Source: Squalus acanthias
Lineage: Eukaryota
Assembly (NCBI GenBank): GCA_030390025.1
Contig: CM059432.1
Coordinates: 142,230,001-142,294,000, forward strand
DNA: 64,000 nt
Direction: 5' to 3'
A program made the position numbers and the translations under genes. Positions within the stretch are counted from its first letter, which is position 1. Every line of letters starts with the position of its first letter. The notes under the pieces are model-generated. The model did not search any database. It was given only the letters and a program-made list of their open reading frames with translations, and had not been told where the DNA came from. Positions 47,310 through 60,949 of this stretch are shown here, piece by piece.

Positions 47310-47852
47310 ATAACAACGGCAACTTGCATTTATACAGCGCCTTGAAACATAGTAAAATGTCCCAAAGCGTTTCACAGGAGCGCTGTCAAATTTTTTTTCT
47401 CTTAAAATACTCCTGTGCAGCGCCTTGGGACGTTTTACTACGTTAAAGGCGCTATATAAATACAAGTTGTTGTTATCCAATAAAGTTTGACACCAAGCCA
47501 CACAAAGAGATAGTTGGACAGGTGACCAAAAGCTTTGTCAAAACGGTAGGTTTTAAGTAACGACTTAAAGGAGGAGAGAGTTAGAGAGGCGGAGAGGTTT
47601 AGCGAGGGAATTCCAGAGCTTAGGGCACAGGCGGCTGAAGGCACGGCCACCAATGGTGAAAATCGGGGATGGGCAAGAGGCCAGAATTGGAGGAGCGCAG
47701 AGAGGGTTGTAGGGCTGGAGGAGGTTACTGTGATAGGGAATGGGGCGAGGCCATGGAGGGATTTGAACACAAGGGTGAGAATTTTATATTGGAGGCATTG
47801 CCGGACTGGGAGCCAATGTAGGTCAGCGAGCAACAGGGGTTGATGGGTGAAC
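47310..47852 (-). mobile_element. L2 LINE 3' fragment with inverted duplicated tail
   Basis: ORF 47438-47833; tail in both orientations at 47310-47473. Confidence 0.8.
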
Positions 47853-48431
47853 CAGGGCTTGATCGTGATTCAGTAGTAACTTTCAAAAGGGAATTGGATA
47901 AAAATTTGAAGGGGAGAAATACGCAGGGCTATGGGGAAAGAGCGGGGGGTGGGGGGGTGGCGGGGTGGGGGGAAGTGAGACTAATTGGAGAGCTCTTTCA
48001 AAGAGCCGGCACAGGCACAATGGACCAAACCAAGATGGCGGCAGGCTGGAGCAGGGCGGTAAGTGAATCACTGCGCTTTACGGGGCACTATCGGCCTGGG
48101 AGGATGGAGTTAAAATCACCTGCTACAGCTCTCCAGCTTTGGAAATGCCAGAACAGTCAAACCTGGTTTTCATGTTCCGATTTCCTTTCTATATAAAGGA
48201 AAAATTAAATTTACTTTGGAGCAGATGAGAGATTGTGTTACCGCAAGTCTGATTCAAATTAGGAATCAATGCAGTCAAATTCATTCATCAGGGCCACCAT
48301 AGCGCTGCTAATACCAATGGGGAAAACTTTCTGATCCAAGCAAGTCTTTACTGTACCCTGGCTGATTCCTGACTCAACTGCCAAATATTTAGCCCTTATA
48401 TTTCCATTCTGGGTAGAAAGATTTTTGCCTC

Positions 48432-48755
48432 CTCTCTCCGTAACCGCCTCCAGCTCCACAACCCTCCGAGATCTCTGCGCTCCTCCAATTATGACCCCTT
48501 GAGCATCCCCGATTTCCATCGCTCCACCATTGGCGGCCGTGCCTTCAGCTGCCTAGGCCCTGAGCTCTGGAATTCCCTCCCTAAACCTCTCTCTCTCCTC
48601 CTTTAAGATGCTCCTTAAAACCTACCTCTTTGACCAAGCTTTTGGTCACCTGTCCTAATATCTCCTTATGTGGCTCGGTGTCAAACTTTGGGTCTGATTA
48701 CGCGCCTTGGGACGTTTTTCTAGGTGAAAGGCGCTACATAAATGCAAGTTGCTAT
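48432..48755 (+). mobile_element. L2 LINE 3' fragment
   Basis: Same family. Confidence 0.82.
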
Positions 48756-49311
48756 AGTTTGGATATTTAGATCAATTCCTACAGTTGCTTTGCATTACTG
48801 TATAATCAGATTACAGACGATCACAGAGAGGAATTTGAGTAATAACTTTAGATGCAGCATTGACCCAATTGATTACTGGACGCAATGTAGCTGTCACAAA
48901 AATATGTTGGATTCTTTGGCCCTGATTTTAACGGGATTGCGGGAATGCAGTGCGTGGTGAAGCGAGAGTGAAGTTGCGATCCATCTGATATTAACGGGCA
49001 CGTCTTATTCTCGTGCCGCTGACCGATGCCCTATTGATGACCGCAGGCTCAGAGGAGAAAGGGAAGACTTGCATTTCTATAGCGACTTTCACGACCACCG
49101 GACGTCTCAAAGCGCTTTACAGCCAATGAAGTACCTTTGAAGTGGAGTCACTGTTGTAACGTGGTAATGAGGGAGGGTTTCCCTGCCGACTGCTGATTAC
49201 AGTTGGTCAGATCAGGGCGGGAGAGGAGTGGGTAAATCCCCAACTTCATTTTAACTGCTTCCTCCCCAACTCCCCCCGGCCGGACCTGGTTTCCATCAGA
49301 CGGGGAGGAAT

Positions 49312-49770
49312 TAAAACCGAGGCCCCGTCTGCCCTCTTGGGAACGTAAAAGAGCCCACGGCACTATTTTGAAAAAAGGGCAGGGGAGTTCTCTCCTGGGG
49401 CCGATATTTATCCATCAACCAACATCGCTTAAAAAAAAAAACAGATTATCTGGTCATTATCACATTGCTGTTTGTGGGAGCTTGCTGTGCGCAAATTGGC
49501 TGCCGCTTTTCCTACATTACAACAGTGACTGCACTCCATAAGTACAATAGCAAAATACTGCGGATGCTGGAAATCTGAAATAACAACAGAAAATGCTGGA
49601 AACACTCAGCAGGCCAGGCAGCATCCGTGGAGAGAGAAACAGAGTTAACGTTTCAGGTCTGTGACCCTTCGTCAGAACACTTCAAAAGTACTTCATTGGC
49701 TGTCAAGCGCGTTGGGAACGTCCTGAGGCCGTAAAGCACGCTGTGTAAATGCAAGTCTTTCTGTCTTTCT
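49312..49770 (+). mobile_element. Deu-type SINE 3' part containing a PLE fragment
   Basis: Same consensus. Confidence 0.82.
49546..49678 (-). mobile_element. PLE family B terminal fragment inserted in a SINE; hammerhead at 49644-49678
   Basis: GUU-CUGACGA-A-GGGUC aca GACCU-GAAA-CG-UU-AAC; SINE resumes at acacttcaaaagtac. Confidence 0.8.
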
Positions 49771-50149
49771 TTATATAAATTAGAATTGTAATAATTAGCC
49801 ATCAAACAACGATGACTCATTGTCTATGCCGAGGATGGAGCAGTTGATGTTTACCCTGTTCCCCTGGGTGGGGAAAGGGTTCAAAAGCCAAAATTTTTTT
49901 AATTATTTATTTAGATGGTAAACAGGAAACTGGTTTTGATTGTGGTTGCAAGGCTTGCTTCTATTTAATTGTTCAATAACATTTCACATCTTTGTGGAAT
50001 TTGCCAGTGGAGAAAGTGACAAGATATTATCATATTTACTACCGATTTATGAAAAAAAAACTCAACGCCTGTGAAACATTAAGCATCGTATGAGTTGATT
50101 GAGGAACTGTTTTTGAAATGGGATATCCAAATACCATTCCCTTATTATC

Positions 50150-50625
50150 GGAACATAGGAACAGGAGGAGGCCATTCAGCCCCTCGAACCCTGTTCTGCT
50201 ATTCAATTAGATCATGGCTGATCTGTATCTCGACTCCATTTACACACCTTTGTTCCATAACCCTTAATAACCCAGCCCAACAAAAATCTATCAATCTCAG
50301 TTTTGACATTTTCAATTAACCCCCAACCGCGACAGCTTTTTTGGGGGAGAGAGTTCCAGATTTCCACCACCCTTTGTGTGAAGAACTGCTTCCTGACATC
50401 ACACCTGAACGGCCTGGCTCTAATTTTAAGCTTATGCCCCCCCTTGTTCTGGACTGTCCCCCACCAGAGAAATAGTTTCTCTCTATCTACCCTATACAAG
50501 CCCAGTCTATGCAACCTGTCCTCATCATTTAACCCCTTATAGCCCCGGTATCATTCGGGTGAATCTGCGCTGCTCCCCCTCCAAGGCCAATATATCCTTC
50601 CTGAGATGCGGCGCTCAGAACTGAC
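50150..50625 (-). mobile_element. CR1 3' fragment
   Basis: ORF 50212-50514 FFTQRVVEIWNSLP. Confidence 0.85.
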
Positions 50626-50895
50626 CCGTCACTCGTTAAACTTGTCCTTGTGTTTGACCTCGAGCAGCTGATGTTAATGGAACGGTGTAACCGTGTGCCG
50701 ATGGGATGCGATTGCCCGGCCTGCGTTCTCCGGGAACGCTGCTCCGTGTTGCAAGCACCCGAATGCAACATCAGCCCCGATAATCTCCGTCAAAAATTAA
50801 AATGTCTTTTTCCCCCCCCAAGGTGAAGGACGTCAATGCCGGGGATTGGAACATCTCCTTATTTTGGTTGGCCACCATCGGGATAGATTTCCATG

Positions 50896-51340
50896 CCAGC
50901 TGTGGCTCAGTGGGCAGCACTCTCACCTCTGAGCCAGAAGGTGGTGAGTTCAACGTCCCACTCCAGAGACCTGAGCACAACATCTAGGCTGATACTCCAG
51001 TGCTGCACTGTCGGAGTTGCTGTCTTTCGGATGAGACGTTAAACCGAGGCCCCGTCTGCTCTCTCATGTGGATGTAAAAAGATCCGTGGCACTATTTTGA
51101 AGAAGAGCAGGGGAGTTCTCCCCGGTGTCCCTGGGCCAATATTTATCCCTCAATCGACATCACTAAAATAGATTATCTGGTTATTATCACACTGCTGTTT
51201 GTGGGAGCTTGCTGTGCGCAAATTGGCTGCCGTGTTTCCTACATTATGACAGTGACTCCACTTCAAAAGTATTTAATTGGCTGTAAAGCGCTTTGGGACG
51301 TCCTGAGGACGTGAAAGGCGCTATATAAATGCAAGTCTTT
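50896..51340 (+). mobile_element. Deu-type SINE, full length
   Basis: Same consensus. Confidence 0.88.
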
Positions 51341-51381
51341 ATTTAGTCAAGCTCCCTGTAATCAGCCGCAACCTCGGCACT

Positions 51382-51609
51382 CATTGCACTAGTCTCACAC
51401 CCATTGCACTAGTCTCACACCCATTGCACTAGTCTCACACCCATTGCACTAGTCTCACACCCATTGCACTAGTCTCACACCCATTGCACTGGTCTCACAC
51501 CCATTGCACTAGTCTCACACCCATTGCACTAGTCTCACACCCATTGCACTAGTCTCACACCCATTGCACTAGTCTCACACCCATTGCACTAGTCTCACAC
51601 CCATTGCAC
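51382..51609. repeat. 20-bp tandem repeat (cattgcactagtctcacacc), about 11 copies
   Basis: Nearly perfect, one variant unit. Confidence 0.95.
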
Positions 51610-52456
51610 CAGAGTGAGATTTTCCAATTTCTACACCAGCCATTCTTGTACTTTCTCTTAATGAGATGATAATCAGTTTTCTGCTTTGGATTGTGCTGTT
51701 GGTTTGAGAATCTGGGGAGAGACTATCCATTTGGTGAAAGACCAATAAGAAATTTAATTAAATTCTCCCATCGCATTGTGTGACTAATCATTCCTTCTCC
51801 ATGGCAGGTTGACGTTATATTTATCAAACTATAATTTAATAATTGCGAAGACGTTACTATTTAAAATCAAATGGCAATAAAGTGCTGTGCTCTATAGCGC
51901 TGTTTGGGAATTGGATAAGAACTGTAGTGAGTCAACAAGTCACAGGTTAGGTATTTCGATTGTGAAACACCCTAATCACAGTGCCAGGACTGAGTGCCAA
52001 AACAGCTCCGTCCTCGGAGGAGTTAGTGGCAACTTGACCAGTTGAACAAGTTTCATGTCTGTGGCTCAGACAGAAACCCAAAATGGGAGGAGTTATAGAG
52101 CAAGAGGGAAACTGCTGACTGGTTTATATCTGGGAACAGGATGAAAAAGAAACTAATAATTAGGGACTGCTTTAGGGACTGTAAAAAGGACAATGCAAAG
52201 GGTCCCAGATGAATCTCTAACCTCCGTCTCTCCGCACATTGGGATTATTAGATGCCTGCAATTTTGTTTACAGTTACCGGTCCAAATGACATTAATAGTT
52301 ACATAAACCACCCTCCCTTTTAGGACATATTGTACTGTACTGAGTTAAAATCATAAACTTAACATTTCTTTATTGACACACTGATGATAACTCAACTAAC
52401 ATCATCTTATTGCTCTAATATTAAAGAGTATAACAATCTAGGGAAGCAGATATTAT

Positions 52457-52713
52457 GGCCAAGGGATAAATATTGGCCAGTGAGAATCTCCTGAATAGTG
52501 CCATGGGATCTTTTACGTCCACCTGAAAGGGCAGACGGGGTCTCAGGTTAATGTCTAATCTGAAAGACGGCACCTCCGACAGTGCAGCACTCCCTCAGCA
52601 CTGCACTGGGAGTGTCAGCCTGGATTTTTGTGCTCAAGTCCCTGGAGCGGGACTAGGAACCCACAACCTTCTGACTCAGAGGCGAGAGTGCTACCCACTG
52701 AGCCACAGCTGAG
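52457..52713 (-). mobile_element. Deu-type SINE, 5' part
   Basis: Same consensus. Confidence 0.82.
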
Positions 52714-52919
52714 ACCTTGACTGAAGGATCTACAACTCCTCCCATTGCTCTGTTGTCTCAGCTAAACCTCTGAGCATGACTGGAATCTCCCAGGTAGCTT
52801 TGCTGACAAGGATGCGACGCACAGGAACCGATTGCAAACCCTGTACAAGGTTAGTTTACACTCTGCCTGTTACAAACTGTTAAAATTGCATGATACTTTT
52901 CCCCCTTGATCTTGAAGTA

Positions 52920-53032
52920 AGCAAGCCATCCTTGTACTCAACAAGCCATCCTTGTACTCAACAAGCCATCCTTGTAATTAGCAAGCCATCCTTGTACTCA
53001 GCAAGCCATCTTATTAATTAGCAAGCCATCTT
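52920..53032. repeat. 20-bp tandem repeat (gcaagccatccttgtactca), about 5.5 copies
   Basis: Direct inspection. Confidence 0.9.
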
Positions 53033-54156
53033 ACAACGGATGGAAGGGAAAAACTATGAACAATCTGACTACGTCAGGGACAATATGGGACTTTTTAACC
53101 ATTTGAAAGAGTTTGGGATATGATTTGTGCTAAAGTATTACTTTTAAATTAAAATGATTTGATGAATGGTTAACTCCACCTCACAGCCACATACTGGACC
53201 CGCGGGGACAGAGTAGGATTGATATGTTCATGAGCAGCTAGTGATACTGTTACCGTGATGATCAGGGAGAAAAAAGACAGTCATCCTGTTTCAGGCACTC
53301 CCAGCAAACATTCACATCTGGGGGTGTAATGTACCCTCCTGTCAAGCTTTGCATGGCACTAGTTTAAAAGGGTGGGCAGGCTGTGGAAGATTTAGACTTC
53401 CGGACATCTCTTTCCCCCTCTCTGGACAGGGAGAGGGATCAGAAATCAAGCCCACAACTTCCGGTGGGACAGGCAAGAAGCGAGCAAAGACCCTTATGTT
53501 CGGTGAGTTGGTGAGGTCCGCTGAGACAGAAAGCAATTAAGGCCCAGGCCGGTGTATGCCTTGGTCTGATTGAATGCTAATACCAACTAAAATGAAATAC
53601 AGTTAGCCCTCTAACCAGGACAGGGTGGCGTATTTATTATTTTTTAAATTCATTTACAATAAGTGGAGTAAGTGAGATTTGTCACAACTGTTTCCCGTGT
53701 ACATTAATTTGCATGTGTGTAAACTAAAGCAGCTTCACGATATGTATCTGGCTTCATCCCCGTGTAATTGCTAATCGGACTAGTTACTGAAAGATTGGAG
53801 GTGCCCTGTGGGGACATGTGCGAAGGATGCAGTATCCAGCTCAGATCTCAAGGGGGGTTCCTACTGCCACCCCCCCCCCCCCCCCAGGTTACGCTATTGT
53901 ATATTGGGCAGTGCGGGTGAACTCTTGGACCTAACAGACATGGAGTTTGCTCCCAGGGGTGACCAGCACCATCGAACTGCAGAGAATATTCAAGGCGGAC
54001 CTGAAATTAGTGACAGGCTCCAATTGAAATATATAACCAGACAGAAAGAGGGAGGTGATATTAGAAACAAAACAAAATAGATCATTAGAGACATTGCCAT
54101 TATAATGACATTGGGAAAGAAAGAATGAATGATTCGTTCAATCAATCAATCTTGTA

Positions 54157-54527
54157 GGATGTCCCAAAGCGCTTTACAGCCAATGAAGTACTTTTTGAAG
54201 TGTAGTCACTGTTGTAATGTAGGAAACGCAGCAGCCAACTTGCGCACAGCCAGCTCCCACAAGCAGCAATGAGACAGTGATCAGATAATCTGTTTTTCAT
54301 GATGTTGATTGGGGGATAAATATTGGCCAGGGCACTGGGGAGAACTCCCCTGCTCTTCTTTGAAGAGTGCCATTTTTTTACGTCCACTTGAGAGGGCAGA
54401 CGGGGCCTCGGTTTAACGTCTCATCCGAAAGACAGTGCTGCACTCCCTCAGTACTGCACTGGGAGTGGCAGCCTAGATCTTGTGCTCAAGTCTCTGGAGT
54501 GGGACTTGAACCCACGACCTTCTGACT
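54157..54527 (-). mobile_element. Deu-type SINE
   Basis: Same consensus. Confidence 0.85.
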
Positions 54528-54849
54528 GTTAAGAGATACTAAAAACATAATCTGTGAAGAGAACAGAGAAAAAGAAAAATATACTATAATTACCATCGGG
54601 GGAAATGAATTATACCGTTACAGTTTTGTAGCACATGGATTTTAAGATCAAGTGGGCCCCTTAAGGATAAGTGAGCTGAAATAGTAAAGGAAATGCCTAA
54701 ATGTTTAATATTTTTCATTGATTTTTCAGAATAGAAAATGTAAATACTATCTCTCATCTTGTGTCCAAGTTGGCAGAAAGTGCGAATGGAATTATAGCAA
54801 ACAGTGAGTCCAAAATCGACATGGTCATTGAGACACTGGATTTACTGTT

Positions 54850-55400
54850 GGATTCGTAAAGCATCAGGTTTCGATGGAATCCAGCTGAGAATACTAAAAG
54901 AAATTAGACCAGAAGTAAGGGATTGTGTGGTGGAAATTCCACAAAAAATCTTTGGACGCTGGGGATGAGTCCAATTTTTTTTTTCAAAGTCCGAATTGTG
55001 ATCTTGGAAATTAAAGATCAGCCAATCTATGGGAGGAAATTGATTGTTAAAGAACAATTTAGCAGTATCTGTTAGAAGGTAGTCTGTGTATCCAACAAGC
55101 GCAACATGTCCAACAGAATGGAGTTTTTTTTTTGAAGAGGATAGGATCAAGTTTAGGGGGTGAAAATAATACAGCTGATGTGGAGCTTAACATTGAAAAT
55201 ACATCTGATCGCTCCGAGAGAGTCTGGCTGAACTGAAAACTCAAGAGATCAAGGAGGAAGTTGTTAACTGGACAATAAATTGAGGAGTAAGTGGAACCAG
55301 AGATTTGCTGTTGACAGTATTGGTTACCATTGACTTGCCATGGGATCTACAGCTATGTATAGATCAATCCTGGGACTCGTTGATCTAATTTATTAATGAT
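54850..55400 (+). mobile_element. Old, degenerate CR1 ORF2 remnant
   Basis: KASGFDGIQLRILKE resembles the CR1 KSPGPDGIHPRVLKE motif. Confidence 0.5.
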
Positions 55401-55646
55401 TTGCATCGTCGTTGGGTCAAAATCCTGGAACTCCCTCCCTAACTGCACTGTGGGGGCACCTTCACCACACGGACTGCAGCGGTTCAAGGAGGCGGCTCAC
55501 CACCACCTTCTCAAGGGGCAACTAGGAATGGGCAATAAATGCTGGCCTTGCCAGCGACGCCCAGATCCCATAAGCGAATAAAAAAAAAAAAAATCATTGT
55601 AAGTAGGACACCCTTCAAACCACATTTTGTGGAAAGGCACATAAGT

Positions 55647-56050
55647 GTCAGCCTGTGGCTCAGTGGGTAGCACTCTTCCCTCAGAGTCAGAAGGTTGTTG
55701 GTTCAAGTCCCACGCCAGACACTTTGAGGACATAATCTAGGCCAACACTTCAATGCAGTACTGAGGGAGTGCTGCACTGTTGGAGGTGCCGTCTTTCGGA
55801 TGAGACGTTAAACCGAGGCCCCGTCTGACCTCTCAGGTGGATGTAAAAGATTCCACGGTACTATTTTGAAGAAGAGCAGGGGAGTTCTCCCCGGTGCCCT
55901 GGCCAATATTTATCCCTCAACCAACAGCCCTAATAAACCGATTATCTCTTCCTTACCACATTGCTGTTTGTGGGAGCTTGTTGTGCACAAGTTGGTTGCT
56001 GTCCTTCCCCACATTACAATAGTGACTACACTTCAAAAACAAGTACTTCA
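55647..56050 (+). mobile_element. Deu-type SINE
   Basis: Same consensus. Confidence 0.85.
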
Positions 56051-57599
56051 GTGGAAAGAATGAGTCAGAGTAGGAGAGAGTTTTCATTTCAACACAGTGA
56101 GGATGTGGGGAGAGGAAGAATATGTAGGATGGACTATCAGGGCTTTGAAGGAACAAGACATGAAATTCAGAATAGGGCTGACCTTAGTAGGGAGCGACGA
56201 GAAACGTAATGGTGATGGAACAGTTGAAACCAATAGGGATAAATTGTTCATCAGATAACAAGCGTTTTATTGTACACTGTCCAAAGATTAAAGAGCGAGG
56301 CGATGGAAGAGAGTCTCTCGATCGGGGAGCAGAATTCAAATCTTGGAAGCTTTACAGTCACTGGCTGTTGAAGTTTGATGAAGAACAATTCTGTTCTCCT
56401 ATCATCACAGCTAATCTAATCCTGAATAATCACCCAATCTATCCTTCCCACTTGGGCCCTGATAGAATCAGCACTCTTAATATACAACATCGATTAATTT
56501 TATTATCTCTTCCTTGATATCAAATCTTATAACACTCTGATCACTGGTGTTCAAATGTTGCCAAATGTTCTCACCATATGAGACCGGCTAATAAATATTA
56601 GATCCAAGCATGAACTTTTCCCTAGTCTGATTGTCAAGAAACAGTCTGAATTAAGTTAATGAATTTATCTCCACTTGTTAAAAGATATCTATTCTTTAAT
56701 TCATGGCATTAAAATCACCCAGAGTTATTACCCTGCCTTTCCCCCTGAAGCACTCTTTATTTATTCAAATAATTCCACCTCAATTTCCTCCTTTTTCCCT
56801 GGTGAACTATACAATTTCCCGTCATTAATTTCTTTTCTCTTAGATTTCCACCCAAACTAGTCTCATCCAAAGTTGAATCCACTTTGCTGACAACACTCAG
56901 GCCCTCCTTTATCACAGTGGCTGCACGCCACAAAATCCTTTTCAATATTTAACATTAATTTATGAAACTCCCGCCTGGACTCTGGTTTTAACCTGGTCTC
57001 TATTAAAGGGTAAAATATCTTTAGGTAAAATATTTGGCCAACAGTTTTACCTTTATTTTCTCTTTTGCAAACAGAGGCCAGAATGATGTGGATCAAATTG
57101 AAACACATGATCACGGATGGTGGGGGCAATCCAGAACAAAAGGGGAAATAATCCCCGTCCTTCCTCATCCACAGCTCGAACATCCTCCCTTTCCTTCGAT
57201 TTAAACAGGTATAACGCTGCCTTCACAAAGTGACAGCCTGACCTCTGAATCAGGTTACGACCTGCCTCAGAGTTAAATGGCTGGAGTGGAGCTCGGTCCA
57301 CGTGTATAGATACACACTCGCACAACTTTCTCCCAGTTGTCAGACCTCAGCTCACCGTCGCCATACCGACATACAGAATTGACGGCAAGGGAAAGACCAG
57401 CTGGTCCAGCAAGCCTGCTCCACATATTCATGATAGCTGGAGCATCAGGGTGGGGCACTTCCTCCCCTTCCCACTCTCCCTTCAAAAAACCAGAGAAAAA
57501 ACCCAGGGGAGATAAGGAGAAAAAAAATACTCTGTAAAATTCTTCTCCGACCCCCCTCAGACGATCGAAACCAGTGCAGGAGATCACACGGACCACGTG

Positions 57600-59080
57600 T
57601 TAGAATCATACAGCACAGAAAGAGGCCATTAAGAACATAATATAAGAAATAGGAGCAGGAGTAGGCCATTTGGCCCCTCGAGTCTGCTCTGCCATTCAAT
57701 AAGATCATGGCTGATCTTCTACCTCAACTCCACTTTCCTGCACTATCTCCATATCCCTTGATTCCCTCAATAATCAAAAATCTATCGATCTCTGTCTTGA
57801 ATATACTCAACGACTGAGCCTCCACAGCCCTCTGGGGTAGAGAATTCCAAAGATTCACCACCCTCTGAGTGAAGAAATTTCTCCTCATCTCAGTCCTAAA
57901 TGGCCGACCCCTTATTCTGAGACTGTGACCCCTGGTTCTAGATGCCCCAGCCAGGGGAAACATCCTCCCTGCATCTACCCTGTCGAGCCCTGTAAGAATT
58001 TTGAATGTTTCAATGAGATCACTTCTTATTCTTCTAAATTCTAGAGAATATAGGCCTAGTCTACTCAATCTGTCCTCATAGGACAATCCCCCCATCCCAG
58101 GAACCAGCCTGATGAACCTTCGTTGCACTCCCTCTATGGCAAGTATATCCTTCCTTAGGTAAGGAGACCAAAACTGTACACAACACTCCAGGTGTGGTCT
58201 CACCAGGGCCCTATATAATTGCAGTAAGACGTCTTTACTCTTATACTCAAATCCTCTTGTAATAAAGGCCAAGATACCATTTGCTTCCCTAATTGCTTGC
58301 TGTACCTGCATGTTAACTTTCAGTGATTCGTGTACAAGGACACCCAGGTCCCTCTGAACACCAACATTTCCCAATCTCTCAAGATTTAAAAAATACTCTG
58401 CTTTTCTATTTTTCCTACCAAAGTGGATAACTTCACATTTCTCCACATTATATTCCATTTGCCATTTTCTTGCCCACTGACTTAGCCTGTCTATATCCCC
58501 TTGCAGCCTCCTTGCATCCTCCTCACAACTTACATTCCCACCCAGCTTTGTATCATCAGCAAACTTGGATATATTACATTTGGTCCCCTCATCCAAATCA
58601 TTGATGTAGATTGTGAATAGCTGAGGCCCAAGCACTGAGCTTTGCGGTACCCCACTAGTTATAGCCTGCTAACCCGAAAATGACCCGTTTATTCCTACTC
58701 CCTGTTTTCTGTCCGTTAACCAATCCTCAATCCATGCTAGTATATTACCCCCAATCCCATGAGCCCTAATTTTGTTTAATAACCTCTTGTGTGGCACCTT
58801 ATCGAATGCTTTCTGAAAATCCCAATACACCACATCCACTGGTTTCCCCTCATCTATTCTGCTAGATGCAACCTCAAAAAACTCCAATAGATTTGTCAAA
58901 CACGATTTCCCTTTCATAAATCCGTGTTGACTCTGCCCAATCCTATTATTATTTTCTAAGTGCCCTGTTACGAGCGTCCTTAATAATAGATTCTAGCATT
59001 TTCCCTCCTACTGATGTCAGGCTAACTGGTCTGTAGTTCCCCGTTTTCTCTCTCCCTCCTTTCTTAAATAGTGGGGTTAC
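57600..59080 (-). mobile_element. CR1 LINE, near-intact RT C-terminal half
   Basis: ORF 57724-58635 (303 aa, SKFADDTKL) and 58669-58917 (DFQKAFDKVPH). Confidence 0.94.
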
Positions 59081-59310
59081 ATTCGGCCCATCGTGCCTGT
59101 GCCGGCTCTTTGAAAGCGCAATCCAATTAGTCCCACTCCCCCGTGCTATTTCCCCATAGCCCTGAAAATATTTTCTTTTCAAGTATTTATCCGATTCCCT
59201 TTTGAAAGTTACAATTAAATCTGCTTCCACCGCCCTTTCAGACAGCACGTTCCAGATCACAACAACTCGCTGCGTAAAAATAATTCTCCTCATCTCGCCT
59301 CTGGCTCTGG

Positions 59311-59694
59311 CAGCATTGCCAGCCCTCCGGGACTGCCCTGGAGTCACCAGGAATTGAAGATTAATCTCCCACACTGGTGTGAGCAAAAAACCCAGGAGAA
59401 AAATCTTAGAGGTATTGATAAAAATTGTGCATCTTTTCCAATTTCTTTGAATACTTCTGTTTATTAGTTATTAAAAAATATTGGAGATTGGGGGAGAAAG
59501 GCTGTTTGACTGACAGTCAAGAATCGTCCAATCAGGTGACGGAACAGTCTGTTCACTTTCCGATTGTCCGTGGGAAGGCGGGGCACTGCGAGGATGGACG
59601 TGTTGGGCGACCAATGGCGGGAGAGTGTGGGTGGAGGCGGGAGGTCATGTGACGAAGACTCCAGGAATACGTCCAACCAGAGTTGGTAACCCTA
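59311..59694. mobile_element. Probable non-autonomous DNA transposon (TAGGGTTGCCAAC-type ends, hAT-like)
   Basis: Right end agttggtaacccta; degenerate left end cagcattgccagcc. Confidence 0.45.
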
Positions 59695-60012
59695 TGTCAA
59701 GCTGAAATCCACTGGTCAGACGGGTAGATATGGTATAAATGCAGCCTAGGAACAACAGGTTAGACACCAACACCAGTAACCACCCACGTTTCCCGAGGAT
59801 TTACTTACTGTGAGGAACCTTGCGGGCGGAGATGGCGAGTCGGAGGAAGAGGTGTACCTGTGGTTTTTTTTATGGCTGTTTTGGTGCTACTGGCATGTGT
59901 GGGCCAAATCTCTGTGCAAGGGTCTTCCCAAACTGTGCATCTTACCATACAAACTAGGCACATGGGACTCCTGGGAGCTGGTTTGCTGGAAGAGGCTTCT
60001 TTGTTTATATTT

Positions 60013-60335
60013 GACGACAACAACAAATTCCATTTATCTAGCGCCTTTTAACGTAGTAAGACGTCCCAAGGCGCTTCACAGGAGCGATTCTCAGACAAAA
60101 TTTGGCACCGAGCCACAGCAGGAAACATTGGGGCAGGTGACCAAAGGCTTGGTCTAAGGCCTAGGTTTTAAGGAGCGTCTTCAAGGAGGAGACCGAGGCG
60201 GAGAGGTTTAGGGAGGCAATTCCAGAGCTCAGGGCCCAGGCAGCTGAAGGCGCGGCCGCCAATGGTGGGGTGTTAGAAATTGGCGACACGCAAGAGGCCA
60301 GAATTGGAGGAGCGCAGAGATCTCGGGGGGTTGTA
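60013..60335 (-). mobile_element. L2 LINE 3' fragment
   Basis: Same family. Confidence 0.82.
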
Positions 60336-60949
60336 TGTCGCTGGCAAGGTCTGCATTTATTACCCATCCCTAGTTGACCTGATAGTGGCCCGCCAGGCCA
60401 CTGAAGAGCTAACCAGCTTGGTGTGGGACTGGAGTCACGTATAGGCCAGATTGGGTAAGGACGACAGGTTTCCTTCCCTAAAGGGCATTAGTGAACCATT
60501 TTTCTTTTTGTTGCCTTTAATGACAATCTGACAGCTTCACGGCCACTCTTACTGACGCCAGCTTTTTATTTCCAGATTTCTTTTAGTCCTGGCTCCACAG
60601 CTCCCCTCCTGAGGATCCGCTGCCGGCTCACGATCGGCCTCCCTCCCTTTCTCCTTCCACCCAACGCCCCCCTACCCTCCCCCCCTCCCCCCACAGCCCA
60701 TCCAGGGTCTTTACTGAGGATCACTGCCTACCAGGCGGGCGGGCTGATATTGGGATCTCCAGTCGGGTGAGCTGCCCATGGAGGAGTGTCGTGTCCCGGC
60801 ACCTCACCCTAAAACTGCAGACGAGGCCAGAGGACCAACATCTCGCGGTCTTTGACCATCCGTCTTCGAACGCCGGGATCGTTCCCTGTGCCCACTGGCA
60901 CCCCCATAAAACGTCCTGAACCAAATTTCTAGGCCTTCAAGTCCTCGGG

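Noticed and set aside
50896..50970. tRNA-like sequences with A and B boxes (here and at other SINE heads)
   Set aside because: All continue into the SINE body; not standalone tRNA genes
51382..51609. Regular short repeat resembling a CRISPR array
   Set aside because: No unique spacers, no cas genes, eukaryotic context
57724..58635. 303-aa reverse-transcriptase ORF as a host gene
   Set aside because: 5'-truncated CR1 with disruptions upstream; ordinary LINE copy
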